From Camelus ferus (Eukaryota), in assembly GCF_009834535.1 (NCBI RefSeq), contig NC_045697.1, positions 46,254,001 to 46,318,000 on the forward strand: DNA of 64,000 nucleotides, read 5' to 3'. Position numbers and translations under genes: made by a program. Every line of letters begins with the position of its first letter. The first letter of the stretch is position 1. Under the pieces are notes generated by a model, which was not told the origin of the DNA, made no database searches, and was given only the letters and a program-made list of their open reading frames with translations. Of this stretch, positions 40,809 to 53,433 are shown one piece after another.

Positions 40809-41369
40809 TTTTTTTTTGGAGAATGAGGCATGACTTTATTAGAAAAGTTAAACACACCACACACACACACACACACACAAACACAAACAGCGGTGATCAG
40901 TTGGTCTTCATCAGATGACTTGGTGGATGAAGCTGCTTATGGCTGCTCTGGTCTTCTCCCCCTTCCCTCCTTGGTCAGGGTCCAACTTGAAGCAGCACCA
41001 TAGCTGCAGGGCTCCATCTGGGCTCGTGGTAGGACTTCAGACCTTGTCTGAGCTCAGCCACCTTGGCCATGGTTGGGTACTTCCAAATAACCTGCTGGTT
41101 CTGGGCAAAGCCATGGCCTGAGACGAGCTTCTTGTAGTGGGGAGACCAGAAGATGGAGTGCACTCAGAAACATCCACAGCACTCACCCCCAGAGCAGACA
41201 TCCTAGATGCACATGTGTAAACCACTGGGTCTCCTTCCAGCTGCCAGGACATCGGGCTGCTGCGGAGGCCCAGCTACAGCTTGCACAGCCCATTGATGCT
41301 GGGTGAATGCCTGCGGGCAAATCCAGCCATCCACTCTAGGCCACACGCTGACCAAATGTCCTCCATCTG
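40809..41369 (-). pseudogene. CDC20: 5'-truncated processed CDC20 pseudogene (C-terminal WD40 repeats, 3'UTR, polyA remnant), antisense in ANTXR2 intron 10
   Basis: Minus strand translates to LVSVWP..QAFTQHQWAVQAVA..DVLAAG..MCI*DVCSG, then [36 protein letters not shown], then SSFIHQVI**. These match recalled CDC20 [58 protein letters not shown] and SSLIHQGIR*. No introns; stops and frameshifts present; AATAAA at 40835-40840 (-); A9 tail at 40809-40817. Confidence 0.93.
40852..40889. repeat. Interrupted (AC)n microsatellite inside the CDC20 retrocopy 3'UTR
   Basis: acacaccacacacacacacacacacacaaacacaaaca, located between the retrocopy stop and its polyA signal. Confidence 0.9.
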
Positions 41370-41739
41370 CATATCTATGTAGTCCCCAGTTCCATTATCT
41401 TAGTAGCAGGTGATGCAACACAACTTTATTCTTTCTTCTGTTTCTATGAGGAATGAGACTTCATTTACTTTTTTCATCATGGATACCAGGACTTTATGTC
41501 TTTATTTTTAATAAAAATATTAGAATCTTGGTGAGATGGGTTAAGGCTCAGGGCCCTCTCAGTTTTTACATTTCTCTACACGCCCTCCCCCAATGGTGGA
41601 ACGCTTATTTCTTTGTTCCCATGGTGTGTTGCTTTCTGATTACACCTATAAATGTGGTAAGTTCCCCTAATCTGCATTACAGCTCCATCCTAAATATTAT
41701 AGTCAGTTCTGGAAATTGTCTTTTAAAGAGGAACAACAA

Positions 41740-42050
41740 TTAATTCCAGCACAACTAGGGATGGCCGACAAGATGTTGCCAAGTATGGAAATACTAAGGG
41801 GGATGCAGTTAAACTACTGAAAAAGATATGAATCAGGTGTGACACCTCAGCTCTCTTCAAATGTCGGGTCTGTCACGTGACAGAGAGGCTTCCTCTTTAT
41901 TGCCCCAAGAACAAGAGGAGGAAAGAGTAGAAGATATAGGGAGGCACATTTCAGCCCAATGTAAGGAAGACTTTTGTAATAATTAGCATCATTTAGTGAG
42001 TGTTTCGGTAACTATAAAACTGTTCAAAGAGGGGCAGCTGCATGACGATA
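41740..42050 (+). mobile_element. L3/CR1 LINE fragment
   Basis: gggaggcacatttcagcccaatgtaaggaagacttttgtaataattag resembles the L3 3' consensus. Confidence 0.5.
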
Positions 42051-43759
42051 TAAAAGATATTTCTTATATATCTACTTCTAAATTTTATATTATCAAAGTT
42101 TTTACTATTACTAAGACACTTGACAGTTTTGGATGAAAGGCGCTAAAAATTGAGTGATAATTTCCAAGTATCATTTTAGTATTTTTAAGAAATATGCAAA
42201 GCAGTTAAAATGGGATTATTTTCAGTGTAATACTGAAAAAATTTACGATGCAACTTTAAGTGTGATGTCCAGTACATTTCTGATACAGCTTTATTTTCCT
42301 TCTGAAATCTTGCAATCTTCTTGACTGCAGTGTTTGCTTTAGTTATATATGTACATTGAAATATCTCAAAAAGAAATTGTTTTATTCAATTATTTTATTC
42401 TTTAACCACTTTGAAGAAAATGTCCTAAGACAAAGCATTCACTTACATATACTCATAACTAGAAGTGGATTCTTTAAACTAGTCACAAATATGAAACCTT
42501 GTTTTCAACTCATAACATTATGCATTAAGCTAACTTTTGAAAAGGTCTGCAGAGCATTAAACAGTAGCCCTTAATTTCAAAATATCTTAAGTCACCATAA
42601 TTTTAATAACTTTTTGAGTAGTTGCCAGTTTAATTTTCAGTCTGTTAAAATTGGAGGTAAATTATTTATTACTTCCAGCAAATGTCTTTCACAATTTTAT
42701 TTAATTTTTTCATCTTTTTTAATGGATCATAAAATTGCAGTCTTTTATTGGATATGCATAAATATAGCAGCAAATGAATACTTTGCAAATAGGTTACTGT
42801 GGATTGAAATGTCCACTGTATTTCATGGAATATGAGATTTCTCAGATCTGAGTAGCCCTAACATATGGCACTGAGCTATTCTCCTGTTTTGGAATTTTCA
42901 TACATCTTTACAAATTAAATAAAAGCACTGTGACCATTGGGACATTGAATTTATTTACTTAATTGTATATCACAATACTATTTAATAATTTCTTATGTGT
43001 CATGAAATTAGTACACTTGAATTTAGTTTTATTATTATTTATTATTTATTGGTATTGAGTACCAATTGACATTAAAATGCACTTCAAGCAGTCTTTTTGT
43101 TATGTTGTTTAGATTTCTTCTATCCTTCCACTTAAAAAAATACTCTGAGGATGGAGCAGAGTATATGGACATATTTGTAAACAATTCTAAACAATGTAGA
43201 ACCAGTTTATAGAAAAGGAAGTAGACAGAGTTTTCAGTTCTAAGCCTTTCGATTACATTGTAATATTTTGTTTTATTTTTATTGCAGCCTTATCACCAAG
43301 TACAGCCTAGCTATATTGTAGGCAATTTATAAATATTGGTTTAATTAGTAGTAGAATGACTGAGTGACTGATTGAACTTCCTGATAAACATTCATAAACC
43401 AATTTGGCATGCAGTTTTAGGTGTAAAGTTCAAGCACACAGCTCAACATAGTGGAAACGTGGGATTTAATCAAGATAATGCTTTGTAACAAGAAGGAAGT
43501 AGTATTGAAAAATTTCTTTACAGGAACCTGCATGGCATTATGTACTAGGAATTTTTGAACAATTTAGCTCTTTATATTGTTATATAACAGTAAGTAGAAT
43601 GGAAATTCTTTAAATTGAACAAAACATTGTTAAGGAAATTATTTTGTTGTTGCTATACATTCTTCTATATTATCTGTGTTGTTTTTGAACTTGGATCTAA
43701 AATATTTATATACAAGTATCTTGATATTCTCAATAATCTGTTAAAGAATAGTCAAGTGT

Positions 43760-43935
43760 TACAGTAATTTATAGAGTACCTGCTGTGTTCCTGGTGATTT
43801 GTTGGACATTTTATGTACATTATTTTATCAAGCTCTCTTCCCCAAAACAACTCTGAAATGGGCACACTTAACCCCATTTTACAGTTGAAGAACACAAGGC
43901 TGAGAATGTAATGACTAGGGTGCATACCTAGAACT
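43760..43935 (-). mobile_element. MIR SINE
   Basis: aacaactctgaaatgggcac...ccccattttacagttgaagaacacaaggctgagaatgtaatgact. Confidence 0.65.
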
Positions 43936-45849
43936 CCTGATTCTCCAACACGTGGGCTGAATCTGTCCCCTTTCTCAGTTTTATTTGGTTCTTGGGACAA
44001 TTGAAGATGAACTTTGTACTCACCTCCCACTTATGTATAGGATTTATTAAAAACAACATGGCTTTAATACATTTTTTGCCCATAATAAAGTTTTTGTAAC
44101 TGAGAGTATGGATTCTATTGTCATAAATGTACTAACTAGCAGTAGAAGTTATACAGCAACCAGGGTGAGAAACCCATAGATGATAATGGAAGTGACATAA
44201 AATATGACAAAACATGAAATACATATATCACAGTTTTGGAGAAAAGAAAGGTCAAATTATTGAGTCTGGATTAGAGGGGAAGATGGTTTTATGAATCTGT
44301 GTCCAGCAAGGGGGTAGCATAGCTTTGGACAATGGTGTCGGGTCATAATAGTGCCAGTATCATACCTGTAATCTCAAAAATGTTCTTCTAAACAGATGAT
44401 AAAATTTAAAAGTGGAAATAACTCTTAGAGTGTTTTTTTCATGATTGTAACACTTCTGAAAAATTTTCCCAGCAAATATATATGCATATAAAAATATACA
44501 TTTATGTATATTCACAAATAAATACCTTATCTTAGCATATAGCAGATGCCATTGTAGTTAACCATGAGAAATACGTGAATATAGTAAAAAGTTGGAGGAG
44601 TGACCCTAAGCTCTTGTCAGTGAGAGAAATTTAGATATAAGACTCTAGTGGTTATCGAGGATTAAGGTGGCATGCAGTAGAGGTGAAAGCACTTTGTCTG
44701 CAGAGTCAGAGAAGTCCAACATTTGGGTGAGTTACCTTTTTAAGCTTCGGGTCCCTTATCTGGAAAATGGAGATAATGCTACAGCCTCCCTCAGTGTGTT
44801 GTTAAATAAGATGAGCTCTGTGTCTGTCTCGCAGTAAGGAATCCATAAAAGCCGTCATTATCAGTACTGTTGCTGACGGTCATGTTTTGACTGGGCTGCT
44901 ACTGCCCTCAGGAAGATGAAGATTATACTGTTGAAATTGAAGTCCATGTGTCAAAAGAATCTTCAGGTGGCTTTTCATGGCTATGGAGACTTAACTCAGT
45001 TTTATTTGACACCAGCCACAGTATATACTAGACTGAGATTTTAGGAATAACATCTGATTGTTTTGGTTGCCTACAAGACCTCATCAGCATGCTACAAGAG
45101 GCTACAGAAAAGAGTGAGCTTTGTTGTAAAATATACCTTGTGTTCTTATTCCATTTGGATAAGCATTCAACATTTTGAATGTTTCCTTCATTGATTAGAC
45201 AACTGGTTCACTTCTGGTGAGTTCTACGGGCCAGATGATAAACAACTTCTGTCAGTGTCTATTGATCCCTTAAAAGTTGAGTCAGTAAGATTATCTGCTC
45301 AGTCATACATTATTATGAACCAAATGATCTTCCCCCAAACTAAAACCATGCCTTCCATGCCGTGTGCTCTCTGGTACATGCTTTGAAGTAGAGAAATTAG
45401 TGGCTAGGAAAGATTATTTTTGGATTCAACTATGCTTAGTCTTCAAAAAACCAAACTGAAACAAAACAAAACAAGGCACTCAGTTCTGCAGAATAAGCAA
45501 CCAGGTTTAAGTTTTCTTTCTTAAATAAGCAACTTGGCATTCTGTGTTGAAATAGTTCAAAAGTTCAGTTAAGTTGGTATAAACACCCCAAGTTTTCTCT
45601 CTTTTCTGGATTTAGCTAAACTTTTTTTTTAAACAAAATGTTTTGAAGTGAATATTTCAAAAGAAATATTTTTAATGAGGGTAATTCTAAATTTTGAAGA
45701 AGAGTTTGGCTATGTTTGCTAATTGTATCTTTCCTGGTGGCTCTAGCCCTGTAAGAATCCAAACTAAATATCACATTAAGGAAAAAAAAAAACACATTAA
45801 GGACTTTATTTCTTCAAGCCTCTCAAGTATGATGGAAAGAATTCAAAAT

Positions 45850-46030
45850 TTACTAGAATCCTAGCTTTGCCACTTTGGGCAAAGAAATGAACATTTCTGG
45901 GTCCTAGGTACTTCAGCTGTAAAACTGTGAAACTACTTACTTTAAGGGTTCTTGTAAGGATTAAATGAGATAATATCCATGAAATGTCTGGGATAGTGTC
46001 TGACATGTGGCAGGGACTAAATAATAATCC
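45850..46030 (+). mobile_element. MIR SINE
   Basis: gaatcctagctttgccac...agggttcttgtaaggattaaatgagataatatccatgaaa...gtgtctgacatgtgg. Confidence 0.75.
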
Positions 46031-47149
46031 TCATCTCCTCACTCTGGTGTCATTATTGAAAATCTTACCAGTTTCAGATTGTTTCTTTTTTATCTTAACT
46101 CTCCATAACTAATAATATTTGGCACTCAATCCAAGGCACAGAGAAGAAATTTTCTAAAGAAAATAAAATTACAATTTAGAGTAATTAAAGCAAAGCTTCT
46201 GCTATTAATTCTTGGAATTTATAATATTTTATGAGAATTGGAGCATAGTGTTGTACAGAAGCTAGATTAACAATGTTGCCTGCTACTTCCACTTTAATTA
46301 ATAGCTTTGATTTGCTTATACACTGATTATTCTTTGGCAATATACTTTGTAAACTCTTTTGGAAAAGAGTTGTTTCCTTAATGCTTTAAAATCTCCTTGT
46401 CATTTTTTTCCGTTTGATACCTTCTTAGAGCTATTTAAAAAAAATTACCAACTGATCCCAAATAATGAATTACTAGAATCTGAATTAATAAAAATTTCAC
46501 TATTTTTAATTGTATAATTATTTGAAATAAAAATGAGAGCTATGTTTTAATTATGGTATTTCTTAGCCATAGACAAAAGTTATCCTCTCTTTTTTTCTAC
46601 CTTTGTCAGGATATTTTAATTATCCTGGGACCATTTACAACAAATGCCTACTAATACATAAATCGTGTACTTTTTTTAAATTTCCTTCAGTTTATCTTTG
46701 TCTTTCATGGTCATTTTCTCTATATTTTACCTTTGAATGATTTATTATTTCCAATTTTATATTCTTAAAGAATGATCTTGTGATAATGGTAATATCTAAA
46801 GACAGGGAACATAAACTAAATGGGATAGAAGGATATTTTCCCCCTTTTTTAGGTTTTTGTGAACCTGAAATCTCAGTAATTTTCTGGATTAAGGAATTTT
46901 TTAAATTAATTTTTTTTCTAAATTTAAAAAATTTAAATTAAATAACAGGAAGTACCGGGATTTCTTAATGTTTCTATTTATGTTAATGCTTGTTTTAGGA
47001 ACAATTAGATCACCTGAGGAATTTGCTTCTGGCTACTGAGTAAGGACTGCAACTAAGAAAGAACAAAGTTAGGATTTGACTCTTTCAGTAAATTTTTCTG
47101 GCTAGTTTGAAATTATTTAAGTAAATAAAATTCTCCCACAATATTCTAG

Positions 47150-47302
<153 letters not shown>

Positions 47303-48769
47303 TAAAAATAGTTCTATCCAGAAATAATTTATGGATCTTCAATGTTGCTGCAGACTATAGTAAAGAAGGTACAGACAGTAACGCTGGAGACCATTACAAG
47401 AAAGAATTTGTATAGAATTTATTTTAGGTTGTTTTGTTTTTCCCTTTCGCCTCCTTCAAAAGGAATTTATGAGAGTATACATTTTATTTTGATATTTATA
47501 AATCTGAAAAGTCATATTTAAAACCAAAATACAGTAGAAGAATAATTTCCAAATGAAGCATTTTTTTTCTTGAAACATTACATATGTACCTGGAATAATG
47601 CCTTTTTGTTAATGAAATCTGCATTATAGTATCTAAGGCATTTATTATATTTTGAAATTATTAGTGCATTTTAATGAGTGAGCTTATTGCTCTGTCCATT
47701 TTACTGTTAGTGCTTTCTCACATGAATAAGGAATTCCATTTTTATTGCTTGGCAGTATCTTAGTTTGAAACTACATTGAACTATAATTTAGTTGAGATGA
47801 TTGATGTTTGTTGCCTAAGATGCAATATTTTGAAATGTAAACTCCATTGATAAAACAGTGTTTTCCTTGTAGGATTTTTTTTTTTTTTTTTTTTTTTTTG
47901 GTTTATGGAAAGTCTTGCTGTTATATTGTTGAACATGAAAACACGAAGCACTAAAAGGAACTGATCACAAGGCTGTTGTTCTTATGAGTGCATTTTCTTT
48001 GTAAAAATATATATAATCAAAGCAAAGAAAAAAAAAAAATCCCTGCCCTTTAAAAGACCAAAATCCCAAACCTAAACATTTTCTTACATCTCATCATTTC
48101 ATATTTTGATCTTTTAATCCTAGAGGCATGCTTCCTCCAGAAAACAAAACCGAACAACTCGATATTATTTGTAGAAGGGTAGCTTTGTTTCTGGTTGTGA
48201 GAAAACATTGCAGGGAAGACAAGCATCCATATGCACTCTTGGGTCTCTGCTGAATTCCCTGGATAACTCTTGACACCTGTTTTTATTTTTAAAATAGCTA
48301 GTTTTCTTTTCTTTTTATCTTCAATTCTTGTTGCAATTTGTAGGTTTTTTGGCGGTCGCAGTTTATAGGTTTTCTGGTCCCTCGGGATGTGGTTGTGATT
48401 ACAAACATTTGTGGTATGTGGTTTCTCTGTGTTTAGCTCACTGGAATGACTTTCTTTCTCCATCCTCCTTCCTTTTCTGTACATCCAGCCACCTTTATGC
48501 AACCCTCTCCCATGCAAACAGGAAAACAAGTCTTTGTCTGGATCCTTATAACCATGCACTGTCTCAGTGTGCAGGATGCTGAAATTAAATGACACATCTG
48601 GAATTTACAGGTTGTGTACTTTAAGGAAGTCTTTCAAGGTCTTGCTAGTTCTCAGGGGAGCGTAATGTGACTGAGGTGGTTTAAGAGTAAGGTGATTTCA
48701 GGAAAAGGGACATTAGTTGTGTCAGAGATGCAGAGAGAGTGAGGGGACAACTTGTCATGTTCAATAAGG

Positions 48770-49540
48770 GATCAAAATAATTTTCATTGAGGAGAGATTT
48801 GAGCAAAGGCTTGAGGAAGGTGAGAGAGTGAGCCTTGAAGACCATGCAAGGGAAGGGTGTTTATGCAGTGGGAGCAGCTGGGCCAAAGCCGAAGCTGGGA
48901 CTATATCTGCTAGCTTAAAGAAGAGCAAAGCAGTCAGTGTGTGGGTTGAAGGAGTTTTGAGACGAGCAGGAGAGGGTGGAGGGAGAGGAGAGATCACGTA
49001 GGGTTTTGTAAGTCATTGTAAGGACTTGAGTTTTTCTTCTGAGTGAAACAGGGAGCCACTGGAAGGTGACACAGCACCACATTGTTTTAAAAGGATCACT
49101 CTGGCTGCTGTGCAAAAATAGACTTTGCAGGCAGGGGCCGAAGTGGAAACATCAAGACCAATTCTGGGGCTATTTCAATAACCCAGGAGAGGAGAAGGGG
49201 CTCCACTAGGGAGATAGCAGTGGAGGTGGTAAGAAGTGATGGTTGGAGTAGAATGTGTTTCAAAGGTGGAATCTATGAGATACCTGGACAGATTAGATGT
49301 GGGTGTGAGAGAAAGACAATAGAATAGTTCTAAGCTTTTTCACCTGGGCAGCTAGAAAGATGAGTTGTCATCAGGTAGAACAGTCTTTGGAAGAAGATAA
49401 GGAGGTCTGTTTTGGAAATGTTGAGTGAAAGATGCCCTTATCATCTCAGTGGAAATGTCAGAAAGGCTACTGAATACAGTCTGGAGTTCAAAAAAGAGAT
49501 CTGGATTGGAGGTACACATTTGGGAGTTGTGTGGAATGAA
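48770..49540 (-). mobile_element. L2 LINE (antisense)
   Basis: atttgagcaaaggcttgaggaaggtgagagagtgagcc...aaaggatcactctggctgctgtg...gtctggagttca...atttgggagttg. Confidence 0.8.
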
Positions 49541-49759
49541 AGAGTCAACCAAATTCTTTTTTTTTTTTAATGGAAAAAAGAGCTTTTAGGGAGGTAGAGC
49601 AAGAAGGGAAAGAAAACCAGAGAAAGGTTTTGTATTTATGGAGGAACTGAGATGAACTGAGTCTTGAAAGACAGCACAGGTCTTAGGCAAGGAGAAAAGG
49701 TGGGAAAGCATTATACAGGTAGATAGCAAACAGAAACTGAAAGGAGGAAGAACAAAATA

Positions 49760-49977
49760 GGGGTACGGGATTAACAGACACAAACTACTATATACAAAAT
49801 AGATAAGCAACAAGGATTTACTGTATAGTACAGGGAACTATACCAGTTAGTTTGTAATAACCTATAAAAGAATATAATCTGCAAAAATACTGAATCACTA
49901 TGCTGTACATCTGAAGCTAACACAATATTGTAACGCAACTATGCTTTAATAAAAATAAATTAATTAACAAAAATAAA
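49760..49977 (+). mobile_element. 5'-truncated L1 3' end (cetartiodactyl-type), sense to ANTXR2, with A-rich tail
   Basis: gggattaacagacacaaactactatatacaaaatagataagcaacaaggatttactgtatagtacagggaactata...aactatgctttaataaaaataaa. Confidence 0.85.
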
Positions 49978-50915
49978 TCGAGAGAGGAGATATATTTGGC
50001 TGGAGTAAAAATAGTGGAAGCCTTGGAAATGGAAAATTTAGACCAGATTATCAGTAGCCTAAAAAAAAAGTCCAGAGTTCATCCTATAGATCTGTGGTTC
50101 TCTAAACTTCAGCAGACAGAGATGTCAGCGTTGAAGTGAAAGAAGGAAAGAAAATCTCCCACGTTCACGTGTCCCAAGGGCCAGACTACGGCTCTCTCCT
50201 TGAGCTGTGGTTATCAGAGTGGGATACGAACTTCAGCAACTAGAGTCACCACACGACAGGCATTTAGAAAGTTTCTTCCCCTCTTTGATCTAGAACTAGT
50301 TGAAAGGAGGGCAGCCGAAATTGTAACCAAAGGAGGCATGATGCCTCCAGAAAAAATGCCAGGAAAAAGTATTGCAAGCAACAATATTGGCTATTGGATC
50401 CGGCTCTAAAGGCAGGGGTGGAGAGATCCAACCAGTTCATGTGAAAGTTAAATGTGAATTTCTTCTCTCAGAATACAGAGGCACCAAAGTTGTTCTGGAA
50501 AGCAGGGGTTTATTTTTTTATTTAGAGATGGTGACATTCTTGGAAAATCTGTAAGACTGAAATAAGTTGCTATTAAAATGGCATCAAGTGAGACTGCACA
50601 TTACACTAAAGTTCTGAAATCTTTCATCAGGTAAATAACTTCCATGTCTGTCTTTTGTAGTAAACTAATAATCTCCAAACTAATAAAAAGGTAAGAAAAT
50701 GGATTGCATTTTTCACAATCCTAGACTTACTCAATTTGAAAGAACTCTTTTATTCTGAAATTGTTCTTTCTGCATTTTAATTTAAAATATCCTTTAATTG
50801 AGGAAAAGATAACCAATGATTTGTCTGGTCCTTCTTTCCTTTCCTCTTTCCTTCCTTCCTTCCTTTTTCCTTCTCTCCTTTCCTCCTTTATTCTTGGAGT
50901 GGGAGGAATACCTAG

Positions 50916-51568
50916 TGATAGAGAAAAATTCCACTGGACAAAGTTAAAAAGGTAAGGAAGACCTTATCCAAGACTATTACAATAGAGAAGAGAGATGAAC
51001 TCAACTCTGCTGAGATAAAGGGCTAGAGAGCTGTTTTTTTCCTTCTAATTTCATTGAGATGTAATTGACATACAGTGCTGTGTAAGTTTAAGGTGTACAG
51101 CATAATGATTCGACTTACATGACATGATTATCACGACACATTTAGTGAGAGCTGGAGAGTTTAAGAGCTGGAGTGGAGGGAATTGCAGGCCACCTGTCTC
51201 TGCTAACCTTACCTGAAGGGAAAGTCATCTTTTTCCTATTCTCCTGATAGGAGGTAGTGTTAAAACTTGGAGCAAGGCACTCATTAAAGTGAGGCTCCTA
51301 CCCTCTCATGGAGACTGGGAGTTGGGGGCACCACCTTCTATGATGATGGCTCTCAGATCAAGAAAGACATTCCCCCTGGGATCTGTAAAACTGGAAAAAG
51401 ACTTTAAAGGAGATTTATACACATTTCAAAGAAGCAGAAAAAGATTTTGCAATTATAAAGTTTTCTAAGTTTTTTTCTCTAGAAAAAGGGAGGTCAAGGA
51501 CCTATTGTCCAGAAGAAATTTGTTTAAAGTTTAATCAGGCTCAGGGAAAATGTAAGTCCTTCTTGGTC
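50916..51568 (-). mobile_element. ERV1-type solo LTR (MER31/MER67-like; family uncertain) interrupted by an L1 fragment
   Basis: Runs from tgatagagaaaaattccactggac to aaagtttaatcaggctcagggaaaatgtaagtccttcttggtc; family assignment is from memory. Confidence 0.5.
51034..51147 (-). mobile_element. Short L1 3' end with polyT and TSD, nested in the LTR
   Basis: ttttttt...attgagatgtaattgacatacagtgctgtgtaagtttaaggtgtacagcataatgatt; flanked by gagagctg repeats. Confidence 0.8.
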
Positions 51569-52239
51569 TGTAGAATAAATGAAGTGAATAAGAGAAGGAA
51601 CAGCACAAGACGTGGGAAAACGAGGATACTTACACATATGAAGAGGCCAACATGAAAGGAGCAGCATCAGATGCTTCAGGGAGGGGAAGGAGGAGCGGTC
51701 AAAGGGGTCACGGTGACCTTGCTGCTTCAGCCTAGGTTGATGATTTGCAGTCTTCTGTGTGAATTTTATTATTTCACTAATTATTATAGGGTAATAAATA
51801 ATATAATATAATAGTATAATATTATATAATAATATAATAATAATATCAATAATAATCACGGGATAATTTTTTTTTCTTATTAGATTTGACCATTGTTTTG
51901 ATTCAAACTCAAATACCTCTGGTGTGTGGCAGTAATATTACCATTTCATAGATATGGGACGTGAAGCTGGAGCTGATGAGAATGTGCCTGCAGATGTGTG
52001 CATTAAATCCCTATTCAGAATAGAAGAGGACAATGGGTAACACTATGATAAATACCAGGCATTGTATTTACATGCTACGCAGCCTTTAGGCATATTAGAA
52101 TGACATAAATAGGTGAGATGCAGTTGGTAATCTTACTCATTCTAAGATGATGCTTTTGGCTCTTCACAGGCATTGAAAAGTGAAACAAAATAAAAAACCA
52201 TTGCTTTAGCAATTGATTAATCCTTGTGGAAATGCCACA

Positions 52240-52450
52240 AATAAAGAAGGCCCTCTGTGTTCTCCAAGAGCATCCGGGCTCAGTCCTATTAAGGCACTTA
52301 TGTCACTGGGCTGTAATTTCCTGTTTACTTCTTGGTGTCTCTCAACAGTCTTGAGACGAGGACAGCAGAGCCCGTGTCTTGCTCGTTGCCTCCCTCTCAG
52401 TGCCGGGTCCTGACAGTGCTCCAAAATTATTTGTTAAATGAGTGAATGAA
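52240..52450 (+). mobile_element. L2 3' end
   Basis: cttgagacgaggacagcagagcccgtgtctt...aaattatttgttaaatgagtgaatgaa. Confidence 0.65.
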
Positions 52451-52659
52451 AGTAATTGTACATTCAGTTTCAAAGTGGGGAAACTAAGGTTTAGATTTAA
52501 GAGATTCAAGATTAGAGTCTGAGGAAGGTTTGGATTTAGGCAGTCCATTCTCTTCATCTGTCTCAGGAGATTTCCTAAATGTGTCTCCACTTAAAATAAT
52601 TCAGTGAAAGATTTTTTTTTCCCCTTGGAATCGCTGCTCTTCTGACTCTTTTGGAATAA

Positions 52660-52822
52660 TAATACTGAGAACATGTTTTCTGAGCACATATTAAATGCCA
52701 GACACTGTGCCAAGTGTTATACATGTGCTAAGCAGTTTATGATTTCATTTAATACTCACCACTCTAGAGGAGGCTATTACCATGACCTTAATTTTACAGA
52801 TGAGAAAACTGAGGAACAGAGA
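52660..52822 (-). mobile_element. MIR SINE
   Basis: tgccagacactgtgccaagtg...tcatttaatactcaccac...attttacagatgagaaaactgagg. Confidence 0.75.
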
Positions 52823-53113
52823 GCCACCTCCAATCTTCAGAGCACATTTATGCAAACGCTTTAGAAAGTGCTTCTTCTAGTAGGTGCACCCAGCCCTCAG
52901 CAGGGTCCAGAGCTTGATGAGCAGAATATTGGCTGATTTCACTGCCCCCTGGAAAGGGGGGAGTTGAAGCCTGGAGGCTCTGGAGATTGGATTGCTTCTC
53001 AGTTTCACAGTCGAGTAAATGCTTGAGTTGGAACCCAAGCCTGTCTTTCCCCAGCCTGAATACTTGTACAATCTGCCATTTGTTACCAGATCCCAATTTG
53101 ATCTATGTTAAGA

Positions 53114-53433
53114 CAGAGGTTAGCATTTTTTTTTTTTTTTTTTTTGGTAAAAGATCAGAGAGTAAATACGTTAGGCTTTGGGGGGCAATGCACTTTCTGT
53201 CCCACTACCCAATTCTGCCATTGTAGCCCAAAGGGGGCCGGAGACATTATATAAACAAATGGGCGTGGCTGTGTTCAACAAAACTGTGTTCACTGACATT
53301 TTAATTTCATGTAATATCCTTTTCTCTTGATTTTTATCAGAAATGTAATAATGTAAAAAAAAATTAGCTTGCCAGGCATCTTATGAAATAGATGAGCTGA
53401 TTTGGCCTTCGGGCCATAGTTTACTAATTCCTG
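53114..53433. mobile_element. MER58 (MER58B-like) hAT-Charlie DNA transposon
   Basis: Degenerate terminal inverted repeats cagaggttagca and tttactaattcctg; internal aaacaaatgggcgtggctgtgttc and gatttggccttcgggccatagttt. Confidence 0.8.

Noticed and set aside
40975..41163. 62-aa CDC20-like ORF as a functional micro-protein
   Set aside because: Non-ATG start, partial WD40 blade, frameshift after KVAEL; it is part of the decayed pseudogene.
48050..48595. Longest ORF in the track (181 aa, minus strand)
   Set aside because: No recognisable domain; the Lys-rich composition mirrors T-rich intron sequence; no supporting gene structure.
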